Part shown: positions 1-7,577 of the stretch, piece after piece | How positions within the stretch are numbered: position 1 is the first letter of the stretch | Layout: each line of letters starts with the position of its first letter | Assembly (NCBI GenBank): GCA_015494735.1 | Contig: WGAQ01000159.1 | Span: 1-46,450, forward strand | From: a candidate division WOR-3 bacterium | GTDB lineage: Bacteria > Hydrothermota > Hydrothermia > LBFQ01 > DSFT01 | DNA: 46,450 nt | Direction of reading: 5' to 3' | Translations under genes and position numbers: made by a program | The notes under the pieces: model-generated | Database searches by the model: none | What the model saw: the letters and a program-made list of their open reading frames with translations, nothing else | What the model was told of the DNA's origin: nothing

Positions 1-41
1 GGGCTTTCGCCCCTCCTGCTCTATAAAATTTCTGCCCGAAA

Positions 42-749
42 ATGGAGGCAATTCAGATGGTGTGGTTTATCCTTGCACAGGTGAATCTCATAGGTCAGAA
101 CGATTACCCGGGAGCCACCTGGGTGGGAATAACAGCCGATTTTTCCGGCGATGGGGTGCTGGACGCATACGTATTCTATGGAAACGATTCCGTGGTCATA
201 TACGATGGATTATCCTCCACCCCCATAGGTGGATACAGGGCCCCAGCCGGATACAACATAACGCTCTATAGAATCGGATACCGGACGGTCCTGCTTTACT
301 ACTACAACTACTCCGATGGACAGATGCAATTCCAAATATACGAGGACCTGAACAATCTGGTCTACACATCTGATGTGTTCAACTACAGCAACTACGGTTA
401 CATCTACCCCATCAATTACGATGGAGACCAGTACACGGATATACTGGTCAGGGTGGACAGTGCCCTCTACATATACGAGACCACCTATTCCCTGAATTCG
501 AAGGAAATGAAACCCAGCAATGGAGGCGTTATCGGACGGGTGGATATGGTATCAGGCAACGGGCAGTTGTACATTCCAGTCAGAATCACCGGAGATGCCA
601 CCCTCAGGGTATTCGATTCGAGAGGGAAACTCCTTCTCAGAAGGGAGATTTCCGGCAACCGTGTGGAGATGAACCTCCCGGCAGGGGTCTATACATACGA
701 GATTTCATCTCCAGAAGTCGGCATCTCGGGGAAACTCATCGTAAGGTAG
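42..749 (+). CDS. Secreted repeat protein with T9SS-type C-terminal sorting domain (FG-GAP/VCBS-like DxDGD motifs)
   Basis: Complete ORF, with an in-frame stop at 24-26 upstream. Alternative start ATG 57 is preceded by GGAGG at 45-49. Motifs DFSGDGVLD and NYDGDQYTD. The C-terminus (LRVFDSRGKLL...AGVYTYEI...GKLIVR) resembles a Por/T9SS CTD and matches the tails of the two C25 proteins in this window. Confidence 0.6.
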   Translation: MEAIQMVWFILAQVNLIGQNDYPGATWVGITADFSGDGVLDAYVFYGNDSVVIYDGLSSTPIGGYRAPAGYNITLYRIGYRTVLLYYYNYSDGQMQFQIYEDLNNLVYTSDVFNYSNYGYIYPINYDGDQYTDILVRVDSALYIYETTYSLNSKEMKPSNGGVIGRVDMVSGNGQLYIPVRITGDATLRVFDSRGKLLLRREISGNRVEMNLPAGVYTYEISSPEVGISGKLIVR

Positions 750-775
750 GCGGGGCAATTTCCCGCCTCTATTCT
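749..775 (+). terminator. Putative intrinsic terminator after the first CDS
   Basis: GGCGGG (749-754) pairs with CCCGCC (762-767) around a 7-nt loop, followed by T-rich tctattctat. Confidence 0.45.
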
Positions 776-813
776 ATCGAATTCCACGAATTGGTGGTAG
801 GGCTTCGCCCCTC

Positions 814-824
814 TTTAGACTTTT
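814..824 (+). promoter_or_regulatory. Promoter-like TTTAnAnTTT box, leaderless-type, upstream of the ygjP-like gene
   Basis: cTTTAGACTTTTgcgTTG. The box ends 3 nt before the TTG start at 828 and there is no SD. Confidence 0.4.
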
Positions 825-827
825 GCG

Positions 828-1493
828 TTGCACTTTCCAGCCAGGATTATAAGGAGCGTCAGGCGGACGTATTCCATAGAAATATCGGAGGATGGCATCG
901 TCATAGTCAGGGTGCCCGTGTGGATGAGTCAGGAGGATGTGGAGCGCATAATCCGAAAACACCTGCGATGGATAGAGAGGAAATTAGAAGAATGGAAGTC
1001 CAGAAGACCCATGCAAAAGCGCTTCGTCGAGGGGGAAAAGTTCCTCTATCTGGGGAAGGAGTACCCCCTGAAAATCGCCATCGGGCAGAGAAAGGGCGTT
1101 ATATTCGATGGGAACAGCATAATCGTGAAGCACGGGGATACCGGAAAGATAAGGGAGAGGCTCCTGAACTGGTATAAAGGGCAGGCGAAAACCCTGATTC
1201 CACCCCGCGTTCATCAACTGGCAAATATTCACCGATTCACCCACTCCCGGATACGCATCACCTCCGCCCGGAAGAGATGGGGCTCCTGCTCCCCCGATAA
1301 TGGACTGAACTTCTCCTACCGCCTCATCATGGCACCACCGGATGTGGTGGACTACGTGATAATCCACGAACTGGTACACACGAAGATAAAGAACCATGGC
1401 CCGCAGTTCTATCGCATGCTCCGGTCCATAATGCCCCAATACAGGGAAAAGGAAGAATGGCTCCACCGACACTGGCATCGAACAGTGTGGTAG
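828..1493 (+). CDS. YgjP-like M48/DUF45 family metal-dependent hydrolase
   Basis: 221 aa. HExxH motif in VIIHELVHTKIKNHGPQFY. N-terminal RRTYSIEISEDGIVIVRVP and WIERK pattern are typical of the YgjP/DUF45 family. Confidence 0.85.
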   Translation: MHFPARIIRSVRRTYSIEISEDGIVIVRVPVWMSQEDVERIIRKHLRWIERKLEEWKSRRPMQKRFVEGEKFLYLGKEYPLKIAIGQRKGVIFDGNSIIVKHGDTGKIRERLLNWYKGQAKTLIPPRVHQLANIHRFTHSRIRITSARKRWGSCSPDNGLNFSYRLIMAPPDVVDYVIIHELVHTKIKNHGPQFYRMLRSIMPQYREKEEWLHRHWHRTVW

Positions 1494-1561
1494 AAGATAA
1501 CCATGCAAATGCCAGCGGGAAATCTTCCTCACGGCAATCAGACGAAGGTAAGGAGGTAAAC

Positions 1562-1579
1562 GGGAGGGAGGACCCTCCC
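1562..1579. terminator. Hairpin between convergent genes (possible bidirectional terminator)
   Basis: GGGAGGG (1562-1568), loop agga, CCCTCCC (1573-1579). It lies immediately after the TonB-receptor stop (1581-1583) and 69 nt after the ygjP-like stop. The U-tract is weak. Confidence 0.4.
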
Positions 1580-1580
1580 A

Positions 1581-3683
1581 TCAGAAGATGGACTCGATTC
1601 CCACGAAGAAGTTGCGGGTAGCAGCGGGAATCAGATAGGGCTCCTCGTCCTTGACTCCGAAGGGCTCGTAAATTTCGTTGAAGATATTGTTGACCTGAAG
1701 GCGCAGGGTGATTCCGGGTCTGAGGGTGTAGTTCAGATAGAGGTTCACCACCTGATAGGGCGGGAGGGCATAAGTGTTCTCCGGGTCTATGTATCTGGAG
1801 CCCACGAAGATGCCCTCGGCATAGAGGTTCCACCTTCCGTGCCTGTACTCCACAGCACTATAACCCGTATAGAATGGGAAGTAGGCTATGAAGTTCCCTG
1901 AGTAATCGAAGGGACCATTCCAGTCTGTTCCGGAAAATCTCACGTATCGGTTGTCGGAAAGGGAGAGGGAGGTATGGAACCTGAAACCATTGAAGGAAGG
2001 CGTCCTGAGATAGAACTCCACTCCCCTGTGACGGGTCTGCCCCGCATTGGTCAGTATGGGCACCCCGTCCACCATCTCTCCACCATACACGAGGGCATTG
2101 GTGAAATCCATGTTATACAGATTCAAATCCAGGCGCCACTTTCCATCGTCTATCCTGTACCCCACCTCGATATCCCTTACATCCTCCGGAAGCTTGCGTG
2201 GGCTGGAGCAAATCAGGGCATCTCCCTGCGATTCGCATGTTTCGAAATCGTATGTAGGGTCATTCCAGTAGGGATACTGGGCATCGTAAATGTCCCTCGT
2301 ACCGGGCTCCCTGTGATTTATCGAATAGTTGACGAATACGTAGGAGGAGGGCGTGACTCTAAAGCTCATCCCTATACGGGGGGAGGGAAACACATAATCG
2401 GTACTCCAGCGCAGATTCCTGACTATATCATTGTAAAACCTGTATCCGGTCATCTGGACCTGAAGCCCCAGCATCAGGGTGAGGGATTCATTTATCTTGT
2501 GCTCCAGATGGGCGAATGGTGAAACTATGTACTTGTCGAGGGTGTACGAATAATACCTGTAATCGGAAGTGTCCAGCAGGATATCGGATGGCCAGTTGTC
2601 AGCCCATACCACAGCCCCCCAGTGGTTTCCCGTATGGAATCGGAATTCGGAACCCGCGGTGAGGGTAAAGTTTCCGGAAGTGTAAATCACCCTGGGCAGG
2701 TATCCGAAGTCTTTCTCGTCCACCCACCTCTCCCTTATAAGGTTGAAAGGCGTTTCACCCTCGGGCCTGTCCCAGTACTCCCTGAAGTACTCCCTCCACT
2801 CGCCGTCCCTCAGCTGCCTGAACCTTCCCCTTCCGATTATGGCGTAAAAAGTATTCTTCAAATACACATGCTCCCCGATGAAGTTCTCCTGATGCAGTTC
2901 GTAGTGGGGCCTGAAGAAGAGGTCCGTTTCTCCATCGTACTGGAGGGGATTGTACCTGCGATTCACTCTGAGCGTGGCGGTGTCGATTCCATAGTAGGCG
3001 AGATGCGTGTATTCGTTTCCACCGTGGAGGACGATGGTGGTCCTGGACGAGCTGCCATTTCTCTGAAGAGCTACGTAATAACTTCCCATATCGCTCCACG
3101 ACTTTTCCCTGTATCCATCGGTCTTCAATTTGGAGAGGCGGGTGTAGAAGTTCCACTCTCCCACCCATCCGGAGGAGTAATCGAAGGTCAACCTGTAGGT
3201 CCTGAAGCTGCCGTAACCGGCGTAAACTCTTATTCTCCTCTCGTCCCGGAAGGGAAATCCGATGAGGTTTATGGCACCGGCGATGGCCGAATACCCATAG
3301 GGGATGCTCCCCACCCCTCTCTGAAACTGGATGAAGGTGGTGGAGGACAGGATGTCCGGGTAATCTATCCAGTATATGTCGTGGCTCTCCACATCGTCCG
3401 TGGGGATATCGTTAATCAGAACGGATATATACTTCTGGGAAAAGCCCCTTATGGACATGTAATTGTAGTTGAGACCATTTCCGGCATCCGAATAGACGAA
3501 CACCCCGGGAATCTGCCTGAGCAATTCCGGAACATCCTGAAAGTTATAAATTTCCCTTATCTGAACCGTATCCAACTGCGTATATGAAACCGGTGTTTCC
3601 TTCTCCGCCTTCCCCACCACCACTTCCTCGGGCAACGTGTAATGGGGAAGCGTGTCTCCTGCAATGAGCATTATGGCTATCAT
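1581..3683 (-). CDS. TonB-dependent outer-membrane receptor, predicted thiamine or thiamine-precursor uptake
   Basis: Plug-domain-like NGLNYNYMSIRGFSQKYISVLINDIPTDD. Long beta-barrel region ending in aromatic ...FFVGIESIF. Start set at ATG 3683 (MIAIMLIAGD) with AAAGGAGG 6 nt upstream. The longer track ORF to 3863 would run through the riboswitch. Confidence 0.85.
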   Translation of the reverse strand: MIAIMLIAGDTLPHYTLPEEVVVGKAEKETPVSYTQLDTVQIREIYNFQDVPELLRQIPGVFVYSDAGNGLNYNYMSIRGFSQKYISVLINDIPTDDVESHDIYWIDYPDILSSTTFIQFQRGVGSIPYGYSAIAGAINLIGFPFRDERRIRVYAGYGSFRTYRLTFDYSSGWVGEWNFYTRLSKLKTDGYREKSWSDMGSYYVALQRNGSSSRTTIVLHGGNEYTHLAYYGIDTATLRVNRRYNPLQYDGETDLFFRPHYELHQENFIGEHVYLKNTFYAIIGRGRFRQLRDGEWREYFREYWDRPEGETPFNLIRERWVDEKDFGYLPRVIYTSGNFTLTAGSEFRFHTGNHWGAVVWADNWPSDILLDTSDYRYYSYTLDKYIVSPFAHLEHKINESLTLMLGLQVQMTGYRFYNDIVRNLRWSTDYVFPSPRIGMSFRVTPSSYVFVNYSINHREPGTRDIYDAQYPYWNDPTYDFETCESQGDALICSSPRKLPEDVRDIEVGYRIDDGKWRLDLNLYNMDFTNALVYGGEMVDGVPILTNAGQTRHRGVEFYLRTPSFNGFRFHTSLSLSDNRYVRFSGTDWNGPFDYSGNFIAYFPFYTGYSAVEYRHGRWNLYAEGIFVGSRYIDPENTYALPPYQVVNLYLNYTLRPGITLRLQVNNIFNEIYEPFGVKDEEPYLIPAATRNFFVGIESIF

Positions 3684-3753
3684 CGTCTTCCTCCTTTTTC
3701 TGCGCCGGGGGAACCAGCGGGTGGAACAGAGAGGGTGAGGAGAGAAGAATCTC

Positions 3754-3856
3754 CCACACCTTCCCTGCGCCGGTATTACCCGGATCAGGTTCGAGGGGTC
3801 TCCCGCGCACTCCAGCGGGACTCTCAGCCGGGTTGCCCCCAGCTCCCCCGGTGTGG
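3754..3856 (-). promoter_or_regulatory. TPP (THI-box) riboswitch aptamer in the leader of the TonB-dependent receptor
   Basis: Minus-strand read: CCACACC-GGGGGAGCUGGGGGCAACCCGG-CUGAGAG-...-GAGACCCCUC-GAACCUGAUCCGGGUAAUACCGGCG-CAGGGAAG-GUGUGG. It contains the conserved CUGAGA, ACCUGAUC..GGUAAUACC..GCG and AGGGAA elements. A perfect 7-bp P1 joins 3850-3856 with 3754-3760. Downstream UCUUCUCUCC could pair with the GGAGGAAGA SD region. Confidence 0.85.
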
Positions 3857-3873
3857 CAATCAAATGCTTTACA

Positions 3874-3903
3874 AGTATAAGGTTAGTGTAAGCCCGATGT
3901 CAA
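3874..3903 (-). promoter_or_regulatory. Promoter for the riboswitch/TonB-receptor transcript
   Basis: Minus strand TTGACA (3903-3898), 18 nt, TATACT(TG) (3879-3874), about 15 nt upstream of the P1 stem. Confidence 0.5.
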
Positions 3904-4301
3904 ATTTTCGGGATAAAGATGTCAGTTCCCGATGTTCATCTGTTAGAACTTCCTGCCCTGCTGGTAAAGGTCTGCGTCAACCATCCTGACATTCTTATAA
4001 TCCGGAAGGCTCTTCCCGGTTATCTCCGCCTTGATGGTAAGGGCAGCCTGATAAATAGGACCGGTGTTCTTCTGTATTCTCTGCTATCTCGTCGAGTCCG
4101 TCGAGTTTCTCATTCATTTCTCCAGGGGGTTTCCCTAATATCATTCAGAACTAAAAGGATGGGGTCGGGATTCTCCATGTTGAAATCATAAGACTCGTCG
4201 GGGTTGGGGAACAGGGGGACATGGCCGAAGCGGTAGGCAAGGGTCCGGTGTTCCCGGGCGAACTCTTCGGGAAACTGGCGGAGTTTAAACCGGATGGAGG
4301 T

Positions 4302-4312
4302 GTTTAAACTTT
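4302..4312 (+). promoter_or_regulatory. Promoter-like box upstream of pstS (leaderless-type)
   Basis: GTTTAAACTTTattATG. The box ends 3 nt before ATG 4316. A second GTTTAAAC palindrome lies at 4283-4290. Confidence 0.45.
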
Positions 4313-4315
4313 ATT

Positions 4316-5329
4316 ATGCCCTGGAAGAGATTATTCCCCCTCGCTCTCGGTATAGCCCTCGCGGGATGCGGGGGTGGGGAGGGACAGAAGATAATAAACG
4401 GTGCCGGCTCTTCGTTCGTATATCCCCTCCTGTCCAAGTGGACGAGTGATTACAGCAAGGCGACGGGAATCCGCATCAACTATCAGTCTATCGGCTCCGG
4501 AGGGGGTATAAGGCAGGTCTCTGCCAGAACCGTGGACTTTGGAGCCAGCGATGCACCCCTCACTCCCCGCGAACTGGACTCCCTGAATTTATACCAGTTC
4601 CCCATAATAGTGGGAGGAGTGGTTCCGGTCCTGAATGTGCCCGGAGTGGAAAAGGGACAGATGAAACTCTCGACCCGCGTGGTATGCGATATTTTCCTGG
4701 GGAAGATTACCAGATGGAATGACCCATCCCTCAAGGAATTGAATCCCGAGCTGAATCTGCCCGATATGGAGATAACCGTGGTCCACAGGTCCGACGGCTC
4801 AGGAACCACCTGGCTCTGGACCAACTACCTGAGCAAGGCCTGTCCCGAATGGAAGGAGAAGGTGGGGTACGGTAAGAGTGTGAAATGGCCCACCGGAATT
4901 GGAGCAAAGGGGAACGAGGGTGTGGCCAATTACGTGAAACAGAATGTGGGCTCCATAGGATACGTGGAATTTGCCTATGCCGTGCAGAGCAATCTCGTAT
5001 ATGCCCTTCTGGAGAACAAGGCGGGCAACTTCGTGGAGCCATCCATTAATTCCTTCAAGGCAGCCACCGCCAACGCCAGCTGGGACCCGGGCACCCACTT
5101 CTATCAGGTTCTGACCTGGCAGGACGGGAAGGATTCGTGGCCCGTGGTGGGAGCGGTCTTCATCCTCCTCCCCCGGGAGAAGAAGGAAGTCAACCGGATG
5201 ATTCTGGACTTCTTCGGATGGGCTTTCGACAACGGAGACGATGCGGCGGTCAGCCTCTACTACGTACCCCTCCCCATGTCCATAAAGGAACTCGTCAGGG
5301 GATACTGGAAGGAAGTGGTTCTCAGATAG
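4316..5329 (+). CDS. pstS: Phosphate ABC transporter substrate-binding lipoprotein PstS
   Basis: Lipobox LALGIALAGCGG. GAGSSFVYPLLSKWTSDYSKATGIRINYQSIGSGGGIRQ is a classic PstS N-terminal signature. No pstCAB follows. Confidence 0.9.
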   Translation: MPWKRLFPLALGIALAGCGGGEGQKIINGAGSSFVYPLLSKWTSDYSKATGIRINYQSIGSGGGIRQVSARTVDFGASDAPLTPRELDSLNLYQFPIIVGGVVPVLNVPGVEKGQMKLSTRVVCDIFLGKITRWNDPSLKELNPELNLPDMEITVVHRSDGSGTTWLWTNYLSKACPEWKEKVGYGKSVKWPTGIGAKGNEGVANYVKQNVGSIGYVEFAYAVQSNLVYALLENKAGNFVEPSINSFKAATANASWDPGTHFYQVLTWQDGKDSWPVVGAVFILLPREKKEVNRMILDFFGWAFDNGDDAAVSLYYVPLPMSIKELVRGYWKEVVLR

Positions 5330-5356
5330 GGGGACTTTCCCCCTGTCCATTCTTTT
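5329..5356. terminator. Bidirectional intrinsic terminator between convergent pstS and atpD
   Basis: GGGGG (5329-5333), loop acttt, CCCCC (5339-5343), then tgtccattctttt. Confidence 0.5.
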
Positions 5357-6002
5357 AGAAGGTTCCCTCCCCCTCTTTCTTCTTCTCAGCCTTCCTCTTC
5401 AGAATCTTCAGACGGAACTTATCCTCCCTCTCCCTGTCTTCCAGGACCTGACTGATGAATTTCACCTGCTCCTGAAGCTCCGGGATGAGCTTCTGCTCGA
5501 GGGCATTGACCCTCCTGTTGGTCTTGCGTATCTCCTCCCCGAATTTCTTGAGTTTGTATTCCAGAGGAATGACCTTCAGGACCGTGTCTATCGCCCTCTC
5601 GAAGCTGTCGGCCGTAAGGGTTATACGGGATGTAACGGACAGGGGTATGAATCCCTTCTCTGCAAGGCTCCTTATTATGCTACCATACTTGAACTCCGTC
5701 ACCCTCACGCCCCAGGCCCTTCTGGGGATGATTTCGATTTCCAGACGGCGACCAGAACTGAGAGCAGCCGATTCCAGAGCCTCCATGCCATCGATGCCGA
5801 TGGTTATCATGAGGATGTTGACGCTTCTCCTGATTTCCTCCTCCAGCTTCTTCCTCTCCCTTATGACATCTCCCAGGAGTTTCCGGAATTCGTTCATCAA
5901 CGCATCCCGCTTGTTCTTCAGAAGGCTGGCACCCTGAGTGGCCATCTTAATCTGGCGCTTGAGGTTCAGAAGGTTCATCCGGGTGGGGCTTACCTGCTGC
6001 AT
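5355..6002 (-). CDS. atpD: V-type ATP synthase subunit D
   Basis: MQQVSPTRMNLLNLKRQIKMATQGASLLKNKRDALMNEF matches the conserved V/A-ATPase D N-terminus. ATG 6002 is preferred over the TTG at 6011 given in the track. Confidence 0.9.
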   Translation of the reverse strand: MQQVSPTRMNLLNLKRQIKMATQGASLLKNKRDALMNEFRKLLGDVIRERKKLEEEIRRSVNILMITIGIDGMEALESAALSSGRRLEIEIIPRRAWGVRVTEFKYGSIIRSLAEKGFIPLSVTSRITLTADSFERAIDTVLKVIPLEYKLKKFGEEIRKTNRRVNALEQKLIPELQEQVKFISQVLEDREREDKFRLKILKRKAEKKKEGEGTF

Positions 6003-6014
6003 GGTCCTCAAATT

Positions 6015-7577
6015 TTAAAGGGAGCCGGCCACGTACTCCTCGAATGCCCTCACCAGTTCCCCGGCATCCACGCTGGAAATTACGGGCTTTCCGACATCCT
6101 CTATCAGAACCATCCTTATGCTGGACCTGTAGAAACTGTCCAGATATTCTATCTCCTCCCTCAGACGGGCCATGGGCAATTCCTCCAGGGTGGCATCGAT
6201 GGAGTAGAGTCTGTACAGGGCCTCCACCCTCTCCAGTATAGCGGGATTCTTCAATATCCCTTTCCTCCGGCTCATATCGAGGACGATTTTCAATCCTATG
6301 GCAAGGGCCTTCGAGTACGGGACACCGGTCACATCCTGGAGAATCGACGAGACTATCCATCCGAATTTTATGAATCTGCGCTCCCTCCACCCATAGGCAT
6401 CCCTGTGGATGAAGGCCACTTTGGCCAGAGCAGTCGCCCTTATGAGATGCTCGAGGGAGGGGAGGTACATGTCCTTTATGTTCCGGGTATCCTTTTCGAG
6501 AGTATCTATGATTTCGCCATCATGAAGCAGACCGAACTTTATTGCAGTCACCAGCGAGTTATAAAATTCCTGCTCCCTGAGCGAAAGGAGGAACACGGGG
6601 TCCATGAGGATGAATCTGGGATAATAGCTGGTTCCGAGCACATTCTTCATACCGTTGAGATTCAGCATATTGACCCCGCCGACCGCCACCTCAACCTGCG
6701 CTGTAAAGGTGGTGGGGATTAAGACCAGATGCATACCCCCCTGAAATGTGGACGCCGTAAACCCCGTCAGGTCCATGGAGCTCCCTCCTCCCAGCGCCAC
6801 AATGGGGGTGTACTTGGATATGCGCCTCTTTATCAGCTCCTTCCAGATTTCCCGTGCCCTCTCCAGATTCTTGACACTCTGATTGTCCGGAAGGTACAGG
6901 ACATCGTAGGGCATGTTGAAGTTACCCATCACATCCAGGGCCCACTTGAAGTGTATCAGAAAGAGCCGCTTAAACGTGATGAAGAAGGCGTCATCGAATC
7001 CCTCCATGCGCAGAATATCGGAGAACTCCTTGAAGGAGTTGATGCCGAGGTAAATCTTCTCACCGTTGCTGTAAATCAGGGCATAGTCCGAGCGCAGTAT
7101 CCGGGTTATCATGATGGCCACTTCCCTGTCGGTGAAACCCTCTGTGGGCACGTTGTACATATAGGGGAGAAGCTCCTCCACCTCTCTGTTCAGGTCCTGA
7201 AGGCTCTTCAACTTCAGTATGGGATGGGCGACGGGTTCCTCCTGTATGCTCTTCTCCAGAGTCTCTGTAGTGGAACTCAGGTAAACGGGTATTATGCCAT
7301 TCTCCCTGATTATGTGGAGTTCATTGATGGACGGCAGGAGGTCCGAACTGAGGAGTATGACCCCCGCTTCCGGATTCATGACCAGGTCCAGCTCCTGCCT
7401 GCGGAATTCGTCGAGGAGGTTGTTCTCTATAATCTCCAGCATACTCCTGTGCATCCGGGACTCCACTTCCTTCTGGAGGTCCAGAATCTTCCATCCGAGC
7501 CATCTGTTGAGATATTCAGCGATGCGGTACTTGTGGGAGCCCGGAAGTCCGCATATATACACACCCCTTACCTTCAT
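6015..7577 (-). CDS. Shikimate kinase-like / 3-dehydroquinate synthase-like fusion protein, apparently catalytically degenerate
   Basis: The N-terminus aligns by eye to AroK but the Walker A is GLPGSHKY rather than GxxxxGK[ST]. The C-terminal half aligns to AroB: GGGSSMDLTGF...IPTTFTAQVEVAVGGVNMLN...MKNVLGTSYYP. The start ATG overlaps the upstream stop as ATGA. Confidence 0.7.
   Translation of the reverse strand: MKVRGVYICGLPGSHKYRIAEYLNRWLGWKILDLQKEVESRMHRSMLEIIENNLLDEFRRQELDLVMNPEAGVILLSSDLLPSINELHIIRENGIIPVYLSSTTETLEKSIQEEPVAHPILKLKSLQDLNREVEELLPYMYNVPTEGFTDREVAIMITRILRSDYALIYSNGEKIYLGINSFKEFSDILRMEGFDDAFFITFKRLFLIHFKWALDVMGNFNMPYDVLYLPDNQSVKNLERAREIWKELIKRRISKYTPIVALGGGSSMDLTGFTASTFQGGMHLVLIPTTFTAQVEVAVGGVNMLNLNGMKNVLGTSYYPRFILMDPVFLLSLREQEFYNSLVTAIKFGLLHDGEIIDTLEKDTRNIKDMYLPSLEHLIRATALAKVAFIHRDAYGWRERRFIKFGWIVSSILQDVTGVPYSKALAIGLKIVLDMSRRKGILKNPAILERVEALYRLYSIDATLEELPMARLREEIEYLDSFYRSSIRMVLIEDVGKPVISSVDAGELVRAFEEYVAGSL

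Noticed and set aside
3684-3863. N-terminal 60-aa extension of the TonB-receptor ORF (track start 3863)
   Set aside because: The extension translates the TPP riboswitch and leader (MIATPGELGATRLRV…), has no signal peptide and is not preceded by an SD. ATG 3683 has AAAGGAGG upstream.
4283-4309. The two GTTTAAAC palindromes read as a Pho box
   Set aside because: The spacing (19 nt centre to centre) and sequence do not match known PhoB direct-repeat boxes. The proximal copy is better explained as part of the general promoter-like TTTAAACTTT box. It is kept only as a note in a finding.
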